Assembly (NCBI GenBank): GCA_965235115.1
Contig: OZ249446.1
Location: 10,664,001-10,728,000, forward strand
From: Laetmonice hystrix
Taxonomy: Eukaryota
Length of the DNA: 64,000 nucleotides
Direction of reading: 5' to 3'
Of the stretch, positions 23,701 to 36,049 are shown one piece after another. The first letter of the stretch is position 1. The number at the start of each line of letters is the position of its first letter. A program made the position numbers and the translations under genes. The notes beneath the pieces were generated by a model that worked only from the letters and a program-made list of their open reading frames with translations, was not told the origin of the DNA and searched no databases.

Positions 23701-26700
23701 TTGGTTATAGTGTAGGTGGTCAGCAGGTGCTAGTTATAGTGTAGGTGGTCAGCAGGTGTTGGTTATAGTGTAGGTGGTCAGCAGGTGTTGGTTATAGTGT
23801 AGGTGGTCAGCAGGTGCTAGTTATAGTGTAGGTGGTCAGCAGGTGCTAGTTATAGTGTAGGTGGTCAGCAGGTGCTAGTTATAGTGTAGGTGGTCAGCAG
23901 GTGTTAGTTATAGTGTAGGTGGTCAGCAGGTGTTAGTTATAGTGTAGGTGGTCAGCAGGTGTTAGTTATAGTGTAGGTGGTCAGCAGGTGTTAGTTATAG
24001 TGTAGGTGGTCAGTAGGTGGGTTATCATTACATCCTACGATGTTGAATAATTATTTCGAACTCAGTCCCAACGTATTTATCCCCCAACTCTTTCCTTCAT
24101 TCTTTCTATCTCTCTTTCTGTTCCCGTCGCAAGGGTCGCCTCTATACGGCGTCTCTCTACATGTGTCCGTGTGTACTCCCAGAGACACGACAGTTGTAGG
24201 GTCGCCTCTATACGGCGTCTCTCTACATGTGTCCGTGTGTACTCCCAGAGACACGACAGTTGTAGGGTCGCCTCTATACGACGTCTACATGTGTCCGTGT
24301 GTACTCCCAGAGACACGACGTGACGGTTGTAGGGTCGCCTCTATACGACGTCTACATGTGTCCGTGTGTACTCCCAGAGACACGACGTGACGGTTGTAGG
24401 GTCGCCTGGCGTCTACATGTGTCCGTGTGTACTCCCAGAGACACGACGTGACGGTTGTAGGCTCGCCTCTATACGACGTCTACATGTGTCCGTGTGTACT
24501 CCCAGAGACACGACGTGACGGTTGTAGGGTCGCCTCTATACGACGTCTACATGTGTCCGTGTGTACTCCCAGAGACACGACGTGACGGTTGTAGGGTCGC
24601 CTCGCCTCTATACGGCGTCTACATGTGTCCGTGTGTACTCCCAGAGACACGACGTGACGGTTGTAGGGTCGCCTCTATACGGTGTCTACATGTGTCCGTG
24701 TGTACTCCCAGAGACACGACGTGACGGTTGTAGGCTCGCCTCTATACGACGTCTACATGTGTCCGTGTGTACTCCCAGAGACACGACGTGACGGTTGTAG
24801 GGTCGCCTCTATACGACGTCTACATGTGTCCGTGTGTACTCCCAGAGACACGACGTGACGGTTGTAGGGTCGCCTGGCGTCTACATGTGTCCGTGTGTAC
24901 TCCCAGAGACACGACGTGACGGTTGTAGGCTCGCCTCTATACGACGTCTACATGTGTCCGTGTGTACTCCCAGAGACACGACGTGACGGTTGTAGGGTCG
25001 CCTCTATACGACGTCTACATGTGTCCGTGTGTACTCCCAGAGACACGACGTGACGGTTGTAGGGTCGCCTCGCCTCTATACGGCGTCTACATGTGTCCGT
25101 GTGTACTCCCAGAGACACGACGTGACGGTTGTAGGGTCGCCTCTATACGGTGTCTACATGTGTCCGTGTGTACTCCCAGAGACACGACGTGACGGTTGTA
25201 GGGTCGCCTGGCGTCTACATGTGTCCGTGTGTACTCCCAGAGACACGACGTGACGGTTGTAGGGTCGCCTCTATACGACGTCTACATGTGTCCGTGTGTA
25301 CTCCCAGAGACACGACGTGACGGTTGTAGGGTCGCCTCTATACGACGTCTACATGTGTCCGTGTGTACTCCCAGAGACACGACGTGACGGTTGTAGGGTC
25401 GCCTCTATACGGCGTCTACATGTGTCCGTGTGTACATGTGTGTACTCCCACAGACACGACGTGACGGTTGTAGGGTCGCCTCTATACGGCGTCTACATGT
25501 GTCCGTGTGTACTCCCAGAGACACGACGTGACGGTTGTAGGGTCGCCTCTATACGGCGTCTACATGTGTCCGTGTGTACTCCCAGAGACACGACGTGACG
25601 GTTGTAGGGTCGCCTCTATACGACGTCTACATGTGTCCGTGTGTACTCCCAGAGACACGACGTGACGGTTGTAGGGTCGCCTCTATACGGCGTCTACATG
25701 TGTCCGTGTGTACTCCCAGAGACACGACGTGACGGTTGTAGGGTCGCCTCTATACGGCGTCTACATGTGTCCGTGTGTACTCCCAGAGACACGACGTGAC
25801 GGTTGTAGGGTCGCCTCTATACGACGTCTACATGTGTCCGTGTGTACTCCCAGAGACACGACGTGACGGTTGTAGGGTCGCCTCTATACGACGTCTACAT
25901 GTGTCCGTGTGTACTCCCAGAGACGTGACGGTTGTAGGGTCGCCTCTATACGGCGTCTACATGTGTCCGTGTGTACTCCCAGAGACACGACGTGACGGTT
26001 GTAGGGTCGCCTCTATACGGCGTCTACATGTGTCCGTGTGTACTCCCAGAGACACGACGTGACGGTTGTAGGGTCGCCTAGGAAGGAGATTATATATCGA
26101 TGCCACACATGGGGATTCTGCCCAACATTTCCCGTTGGCGACGTCTTTGTTCTTGAAAGGGATGCCTCGGCTTTGTACGGGCCTTCCGCGGATGGCCGCG
26201 GGCGGGGCTGTGTGAAGGGGCCTAACATTGTATCCTGATCGCTGTCGGGGCCACTTCACATATTGTCACCGGTACCCGCACAATGGTGGGCGTTTGGGGC
26301 ACGCCCTCCGGGGGCCCCCAGACCCCACCTCCCTGCCTGCGGCAAACAATACCGCACGGATCCACAAAATGATAATATCATCAACGATGTGCGTTTCAAG
26401 TGGTGGCCAAAAGAATTCTGAAACGCCTGGAACTCATAGAACTACTTTTAGCAGGCAAGCATGCCCCATAATACGTCCGTGAAAATGTTACGTAGTCACA
26501 ACTAGTGTGCCAATGGTGTGTAGAAAATAGTTGGCAATGGTATGCAGAAAATGCCAAGGCATGCAGAAATGGGAGACCAATGCATGGCAATAGAAGCGGA
26601 ACGAGCTCAGTTCTGAATCATGGATATCTTTGTCTTTTAATACTACAAAATACAATGTTTCACTTTCTATCATTTACGGAGTTATTCTTTCCCGGACAAA

Positions 26701-29700
26701 GACGTAGTGAACGACTATCCTTCAGGGGAATTACGGGTACTTGTTGAATAATCTAATTAGTAGCTTGTGGAGAATAGTTTGAATTATGTATATCGTCAGG
26801 TTTTGGTGCTGTTCCAGCACTGCTCTGACAATCTTCGTCTGGCTGTGTATGTTTAAACTCAGGTAACGTTGTTTTTCTATCCCCCCCCCCCCCAACTCCT
26901 CCCAGGAGGATGTATTTCAATGTTCGTTTATCACTGCCGAAATGAGGAAGACTTTATTCTAAAGGGCATCCTTTGAAAAGGGCAACAAGAGCGCTGAGGC
27001 GGCACGGGTGTGAGAGAACCCATTACAACAGTCCCCTGTCGGTTTTCTCTTCCACCTCCGCGTTCTCGGCCCTGACCAACCCCACTCGGCTCATACATCA
27101 GCCGCGTCGCCTCCCTCCCCTGGGACTCGTTCTGCTCGGATTACTGTCCGCTCTGAGCTAAACAACTCGGCGGGGGTCTGCCGCTAAAACCACCCGCTGG
27201 TGGACGGCCAGACGAGAAGGACAGTTCCCGTCTGTCTCGGCATGCTCGACTGGTAAAGTGGGGAGAAATGGACAGAGTCTCGGACAGGAGGCTGGCCTGA
27301 TGGACAGAAGGATGGCATTACGGACAAAAGGCTGGCCTGAAGGACAGGAGGATAGCCTGATGGACAGGATGACCTGATGGGTAGGAGGCTGGCCTGATGG
27401 ACAGAAGGCTGGCCTGACGGACAGGAGGATAGCCTGAAGGACAGGAAGATAGCCTGATGGACAGAAGGGTGACCTGATGGGCAGGAGGCTGGCCTGAGCA
27501 ACATGAGACTTTCCTAACTTTCCGTCCTTTGTCCTAAAGGGAATCAGTCAATGGATGATGTCCAGACAGCCGTATCGGGTTACGGTCGGTGTGTTTCCTT
27601 GTATTGGTCACATCAGTCTGTGTGTGTGTGTGTGGGGGGGGGGGGCAATTCCCCATGGGCGGGGTGTACCGAGAATATGATCACATAACAGACTGTCACC
27701 CCCATGTGAAGCTGAACCTTATCCTGCTAGGTAATTATTAAATATTCCACTTTCCATATGACATCATATGACGGCAGAAACTGCAGACCTCGGTCTCCGC
27801 ACTGTCTGGCAGTCTCTCGTTCTCCTGTCTTACTGCTACAGAAGTAGTCAGCGTTCCTAGTCTCCATCCACAAACCTTTGTGTTCAGCGCCCCCTGTGGT
27901 GTGGGCCGTCACCAAGTACCATGTGAAAGATTCCCACGCTTTACTGTCATTGTGGGATACAAGAACATGTCAACATGCCTGCCGCTGTCTTCAGTATTTG
28001 TCATTAGTCGCCATTTGTTACTTGAAGTCACTTGTCTTTTTCAATACTTTTTATACGAACGACTGAGCCATTGCCACTTAGCCAACCAGGGGTCAAATGC
28101 AAAGACAGTCCTGAAAGGTCTCTCATGGAAAGTATTTCACAAAAGGATTCAAAAAATGCGCTTGGCTCTTAACAGAATAAAAGTAAGTACTGAGAAAACT
28201 TGTGTTTTGCCCTTTTCGGCAGCAACGCATATAAGAAGCGTTAAGGTTAAACAAGATAATATTGTGATTAAAAACCGAACCCAGGACAACGATATCTCCA
28301 ACGTTTTTTAAAGCCTAGTACAACTAGGTTTTTGGGTTTTCTGTCGCAATTTTCCCGGTACTGTTACAGTTTGGAGCAACGCCTGGACTGAGACGCTGTG
28401 GCGTAGAGACGCAGACGTGATAACGTTATGTAAACCGACGTAAGAGTATCAAGTACCCGATCCTGGTATCTATGGCAACGTGACCGCACTCATATAGATT
28501 TCATACAGCAGCGTGGTCTACTTGATGACCAGCATCTCCATTGGATTTGTCCTTTGAAAGACAACGACTACTCCAACGTCTAATATGGTATGCAGTTGGT
28601 GACATTCAAAACGGTTCTTGACAGGGTTCAACCTTCCTTTATGTTGCTACATCTCTGAAGTCATCATAGCTACAGGTTCTATTCCAAACGGACAAAATAT
28701 CTTTGAAGGATAGTTTCCCTCATTGTATGACCCCCGAACCTCTCTAAGAGATCCACCTAATCACTGGTATGAACCTTCCGAGAAATACTGCAGCCATCAG
28801 CGCCAACTCCCGTCCCTTTACTCAGACCTATATCAACTTAGAAGTTTATACACTTAGATGTGGTATATGAAATGCCGTTTAGAGGCACAAACTGGCGACA
28901 TCCAAATTCCTGTTCCGGTCATTTNNNNNNNNNNNNNNNNNNNNNNNNNNNNNNNNNNNNNNNNNNNNNNNNNNNNNNNNNNNNNNNNNNNNNNNNNNNN
29001 NNNNNNNNNNNNNNNNNNNNNNNNNNNNNNNNNNNNNNNNNNNNNNNNNNNNNNNNNNNNNNNNNNNNNNNNNNNNNNNNNNNNNNNNNNNCGACTCACC
29101 TTGATATTGGAGCAGGAAGTGGTCTCTGCCATCCGTGGTAGATGGCTGACCGACTATCCGAATCTCCACCGTGTTTGTCAGGGATGTGTATAGGTGGCGC
29201 TGTCTGCCGTCACCCCCACACACGGTAAAACTCTTTCCGACGCTCTCCTCCTTGACGGTCGCGTACACCCGACATCCGGTCGCTCCCATCATGCTCCGCG
29301 CGAACTGACTCCCGTCGTTTCTCGCGAGAGCGAAGTCTACGAGCGAGATGTTGACGCGTTGTCCCGCTCCGACCTCGATAATCCATGGACAGTCGGGAGT
29401 TCCGCATCCGGTCTCCTCAGCCACCACGCTGGCTATCTTACCGCTAGGGGCGCTCAGTTTTACTCCGTAATTACACATCGAACACACGGTTCGCGTTGTC
29501 GACGACACTGCAAAATTAGACAGCCATAGAAAAGTTAGTTAGTTAGTTCAGTGTTGTAGTATTGACTGTTTTTACTTGATACAACTCAATGTTGAGTCCT
29601 TACTCTCTTTGAATCATCATTCATGAGTTATTTTTTACTATATTATTTATATTAGCAATGCATTTAGACAGACACTGCTGAAGTGTAAATAAGTACAGTT

Positions 29701-32700
29701 CCCTCAGCTTTGACCTTAGAGAGTATACGTTTGGATGGTTTGTAAAGAATCTGCACCTCAGTCATTACTTTATAATAAAATAAATGTCTTCTTCGAATTT
29801 GATTTTCTTTTCCCGCACATCGTAAATCTGAATATAAAGTAGTTAAATTTAGAGTGAATTCGGTAATCCTGACATATAGCATCTACATTATTCAATAGAA
29901 ATATGCTTTATGAAATAAATAATAGAGCATTGGCATGCGTATGACGGGGGTTTAATAGAATGGAGAGATATGCCAAATTACGTCGGTGCCAGTTGCCAGG
30001 AATACCGTCACCATCAAACACAGTATCTCTTTGTTCATTTTTCTTACATAAAAAGAAGCTACTTTCATCCATATAATGAATGTTGTAGGGCGTACAGACA
30101 CGCCAGCTCTCGCTTCAACTATACTATGTTAATATTGCTCACTTCTGCTTTTTTAGGTTACCACAATTTCTCTTAGTACCTGAGGAAAATATCAATTTAT
30201 TCATTTCAAAAGAAATGCATTTGTCATAAGGGCCAACCTGTACATTGTAAGAGAGACAGGGAGTTTTCGAATGGTTTACAACAGAATGCAGCTGTTTCCC
30301 GAAAACCCCGGTTTGTCTTTGTCTTTAAAACCTGATGAGTGGACAAGATAATTAACCATGAATACTGACCCGCCATTTGCCACATCAAGTCAGTCCTGAT
30401 CGAAAGATTACAGGCTGCAATGTCCTGAACTGAAGTCACCAAACCCTGGCTTACTGCCAGCATTGTATCTCAGCAATTGAGGATGGTCCTCGGCCCTGAA
30501 CTGAAGTCACCAAACCCTGGCTCACTGCCAGCATTGTATCTCAGCAATTGAGGATGGTCCTCGACCCTGAACTGAAGTCACCAAACCCTGGCTCACTGCC
30601 AGCATTGTATCTGAGCAATTGAGGATGGTCCTCGGCCCTGAACTGAAGTCACCAAACCCTGGCTCACTGCCAGCATTGTATCTCAGCAATTGAGGATGGT
30701 CCTCGGCCCTGAACTGAAGTCACCAAACCCTGGCTCACTGCCAGCATTGTATCTCAGCAATTGAGGATGGTCCTCGGCCCTGAACTGAAGTCACCAGACC
30801 CTGGCTCACTTCCAGCATTGTATCTCAGCAATTGAGGACGGTCCTCGACAACATGTATCATTCAGTCTCTATCTTGTCTAGCTGTAGGTGGTCTGACAGT
30901 TTACATTTATTGATGGTGAAGTCCTTGTATAACTGTCAGACAACAACACCAGAAGACGGATCTCCCCCCCCCCCCCCACAGTCGTATACTGAAGATTATA
31001 CCCGTCCACCGATCATGTCCGGATGATCCCGATTTATTCTCAATACCAGTTTGATTTTCTTTGTGCAATTTTTTAATCTCATATTGGAGAAGATATTTCT
31101 TCTACTCGCATTTAAAAATTAGAATACCTCCTCACCGCCTCCACAATTGAAGCCGTATTGTTGTGATCACACTAAATAACCAAGGCGGTTCCAGCGATGC
31201 CGGCCAGGCCTCAAACCTGGTAAGGCGTCAGTAAAGTGCGTAATTCAGGGGAATGTTGTCCAAACCAGATTGACTGTGGCGCCCTCTAGCGGGCGAGGCG
31301 TTTATCCAATCAGACCCCAGACATGGACAGACACACTGCGCCCCGACCCCACCGTCTGCTCGTCCTTCTATCCGAGCAATTGCCCAATGATTTGCAATCA
31401 TGATTGCCGCTTTTCAGTCGCTTATTGACCTCGTTCGTCGCCCAGTCAAATTCGCCTTTTATCTGAATAACCCTGTCATATTAGCTGTGCACCTCGAAAG
31501 CCAGCCCCAAATGGCGATAAAATTGAATGTTGATCCCTGCTAATCGAGTCTGTAACCCGGACCAGTGGGTGAGTTGTGTGAGGGTCGTACTGTCAATGAT
31601 CGTCGGCGCCTGCCAATGTCAGCACCGCCCGACCGGGCCTGACGTTATGCGGCTTCAATCACTGTCGGGTCGGGCCGAGGGTGAAAGGTCTACCCATATC
31701 TGACGGGGGAGGGGTGCTATCCAATACCCTACCGGTCTATCACAGACAGTGCAAGGCATGACAATGATTCACCACATCAAGGCTCCTGATAGGGTTCTCA
31801 GTACGACTGGGAAAGAGGGCTTTGAGGCCTTTAACACTATAAGATGGGGTGTATGTGGCTACTTTTATCACTATGAGATATGGGGTATTGCCCTACTTTT
31901 ATCATGATGAGATATGATGTATGGCCCTACTTTTATCATGATGAGATATGATGTATGGCCCTACTTTTATCATGATGAGATATGATGTATGGCCCTACTT
32001 TTATCATGATGAGATATGATGCATGGCCCTACTTTTAATACTTTAAGACGATGGTTTATGGAAGTACCTTTCACACACGTGTAGCTGGCCTCCAGGTACG
32101 ACTTAAGCTCGGTCAAACACGTGCTCGTCCTGTCAAATGCCTCATCCGGGATCCTGATCTTACACTTCCGGCGACCCGAGCACCTCCTGTCGGCCAGATG
32201 AAGAACGTCAGTCGTACATCCCACATATCCCAGGTCAGCCACCACGCATCGCCCCAGGCGCATGCGCCCGTATCGAGCTTCCTGCATGACGATGACTTCT
32301 CCATCCGGGCACTCGGCCTCGAACGTCTCAAACTGACAATACTCGACTACTTCTGAAACAGACAATACCAAGGTCAAAACACGTGTGGAAGCGACATTCA
32401 GCATCGGAGGTGTTTAATTTGAAATACTCGACTACTCTTGCAATACATAACAAGAATATGGGCCTAAATATATACGTGTTTAATCACATTGCTGCTGTAA
32501 GCTAGACAAAGACATAGAATGTCTCAGTATAGAGTTTGCCATTCTTTCAGGTATTTCACCTGCAAGGTCGAAAGGTCATAGCTGCCGTCTGATTTCCGGT
32601 ACGTGACGTCATCAATCGAATATGGGGCGATGTAAAATGAGAGCTTTGCTGTCCTATAGTTGAAGAGTAACTCTGTTAGTTTATGAGGTGCCTTGGGTTA

Positions 32701-35700
32701 TCTTCGTGAAGATGGATTAATAACTATATTATGATGTTATATGATATCGCATTGTCGTCAGGACTGGGAATTAAATACACGTCTCACTTGGTACAATCAC
32801 GTCATATTAATATCATATATGATAAGTATTATGTTTTCAAATCGTCGTGGAAAATTATATCACAGTGCTTTCACGAGCAGAAAATGAATATAGCAGGTCC
32901 TTTAAAATAAGTAATTACGGTTCTCAATACATACGTGTACCGACGGGGGACTAGAATTACGCCAGATTAACAAGTGCCTTTGAGTGTTCGAATCCTTTTA
33001 GATGTTATACCCTCTGGATATGAATTAACACTTCTAGGATGCAGCATACTAAGATATGTCGTTCGGTTCATTATTATTAAAGATGTTTAGTCAGATTCAA
33101 CTGTTGGTTCGTGATGTTTAGTACGCGTGTATCGAATACTTGTGAGGGTGTGGGTGGGTGTGGGTGGGTTTGGGTGTGTCGGAGATGCCACTGAGAACTC
33201 GGAGCTACTACAGGTACATGTCTATACATCCAGAATGCGGGAATGATTTGTAATCCAGAGAATGTGAGATTTGATGTGGCAGAGTCCCCCAGCTGTCGGA
33301 GGATCGACCACCTTCAGACATGTCGGACGTAAGAGGATCAAAGATAGAGGATTCGATGTGTTTGTAGTCGTGAGCCGGCCTTCCCTTGGCACCGTGACAA
33401 CTGCGCATACCAGAATCCCTCAGTAAAGCGCTTTGTCGTTCTGTCATTGCCCAATACCTGAGTCACCATAGTCAATGTCACAAAGGGAAAATACAAATCA
33501 CAGCATCGTGATTTATCGGCTTTTTTCCTGGCCAAAGAGAAAGAAACAGGTGACTGTAAGATTAACGTGTGTTCGTCAACACGGGATCAATTAAATCTTC
33601 GTTTTACCGGAGGCAACACTTGCTTCCGCCAAGCAGAACTAAACTACAACATTAATTGTCACACTTTAAGCACTTGCGTTTGAAGATAAAGTACTGTGCA
33701 TCGTAAATAATATCAGATATGTGAGGAAAACCGGCAGTTGGACGACGGGCCGGATGAAACAGACGGGTATTGTGAAGTGAAGAGTAAATAATCCCCGTTT
33801 TAATTCTCGCAGCTGGAACTGGTGACTTGCATAGATTACGTGAACCGATTACTAGATTCGGCCCTGGTTCACGGCCATTACCCCAGCCTACAGCTACAGC
33901 GGCCTGCTAAGGTTCCTACTGGTCTTCAATTAGCCTTCACAGCCATAGCTTTACTCTGGCAGAGGTAATGGAGGGTTTTCACTTAGACTCGACTAACACA
34001 GCTCGTCTCCAATCCAGGACGACTATTTTTCAGCGGTGGCTCGCGGCGATGTAAGCGCCAGGCCAAGTATTCGGTGGTCCTTTAAATGGAACTATTCAGT
34101 GGAACCGACAGGCGTACTGGGGGTGGGGGGACAACCCCGCCCGCCCACCGTCAGATGTGCTGGGGGTAGGGGGACACATAGGCGTACGAGCCGGGGGGGG
34201 GCAGGGGCGGTTGCCCCCCCCCCCCCCCAATTCGGGCAAAACAGCGGGGCAAAGCAAAAAAATATTTGATAGAGAAATTTCGGGCAAATCAACCCCTCTG
34301 CCCCCCCCCTTATCCAAAGAGTCCCCATACGCCCATAGGGGGGCAGCCCCGCTTGCCGACATGCGTGCCGGGGGGCCGCCCACCCACCTCAGGAGAAACG
34401 GAAGGAGGCGATGCAGAAGAACGGTGGCTTAGGTTCCAATGGCTGTTGTCGACATGGAAGCCTCAGGGACTCCCTAAACCCACCCACCCCCTCCCCAGCC
34501 ACAACACCCCCTCCCCAGCCACCCACCCCCTCCCATCTTTCTTTCACCCAGCGCCGTTCCAGTCCCACAGCGCCCGGGGAGAGCTGGGAAGGATGCCGTA
34601 GATTTCCAAGGGGTGAAAGTGTGTCGCCCACGTGAGGCGGTTCCGGGGGCACCTATCGAGTTGCATCACCGGAACAGGCCGAAATCGGCCGAACAGCGGC
34701 GTAATGGGCGTTCAGTAATGGACGCACAGTTCGGCCATCAATACTTGATGGTCCTTGATGGCAGTCTCAGAGCGTCCTGACGTGCCTGGTCCTGGACGGC
34801 AGGCTCAGGCTCATTAAGTGTCCCAATGATAGAGGCCACCCGCTCTCCGCCGACAAACCCAGCTCTCTCTATGTTCTGACCCGCCGGCTGATCGGCACAG
34901 GTCCGAGTACGGCTGTGTACGGCGGTTCAGGCTGAGGTAATAAGACAGCATGATGAGAACATGCATTAGCCGCAAGCTACACTTGTTCGACGGTATTCTA
35001 TGGCTAACTGCATGCTATTGCACGGGGTATAGTTAATTTGTACAGCAAAGTGCATCAGTCGACAATATGAAGTATGCCCCTTTTATGTGGTGAAAATCCA
35101 CACTCAATGAAAAGAATTTCTTCGGTAAGAAAAATAACTAACGGTAAGGCCTTCACCTTATAAACTCGGCGACTACTCCCGTATCAACTTATGTAAGGAA
35201 GCAAATTTAAATTTCACAAAAATAATTAACTTTATGAAGTTAAACTTATACTCTTGATGTAGCATCTATTCACTTATTTTGGACTTGTGAATCATAATAA
35301 AGATGTGGCACGTGTATTTCTGTACCTGATGGATTATCAGTTAATGGATAAACAAATGAAACTACTGTCCGGTGACACCCTATGATTGGGTGTTTACCCA
35401 CTGCGCCCAGTTAAGGGCAGCCATTACCAACCTTCTGACGAGCATTATGTCGTGCCGACAGTCCCCTGAGGGACATGTTTACCCACTGGCCCCCCAATGA
35501 CGGCCGTCATGGCCACTGTGGCCACGTCTGATAGTGACCACTAATGGCCACTCTCATCCAAACCGCCCGCAGGCATGGTCCGCTCTTCCACGCCATCGAG
35601 TGACCAGCCAGAACAAGAGCCCAATGTCCGGGGCCTTCGTTACTGCCACCATGAAGGTAACCACAGCCCCGGACTGTCTCATTGTCCAGGATACAGCTCT

Positions 35701-36001
35701 GCAAGTTCATGTTTAGTACCCGGCAGCTTTCGTCCACCTCACGTCGCTCTCGCCCACCTAACATTGGTGGTCTTTACCGGCACCTCATCGCCAGTAACGA
35801 CCTCTGTCGGGGGGAATGGGAGTGAGGGTTCATTACCCGGCATGCCGTGCGGAATTCATTACCTCAGAAACACCCCTCAAGACACGAAATTGCTTTCCGT
35901 GGACCCTGAGACACAGCTTGTCTCTCGGGCATTCGGGTGACAACATTCCGTCGCTAATGATGCTTCAACTGGGAGGAAACACCAGCTAGTTGATATAGGC
36001 T

Positions 36002-36049
<48 letters not shown>

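Noticed and set aside
24133-26079. Regularly spaced repeats resembling a CRISPR array
   Set aside because: Units are contiguous with no unique spacers, there are no cas genes, and the context is a eukaryotic intron.
28854-29193. ORFs containing X runs
   Set aside because: Artefacts of reading through the N gap.
33208-33535. Minus-strand ORFs in intron 1 as a possible additional exon
   Set aside because: No acceptor/donor pair giving phase 1-1 without a stop, and no recognisable domain.
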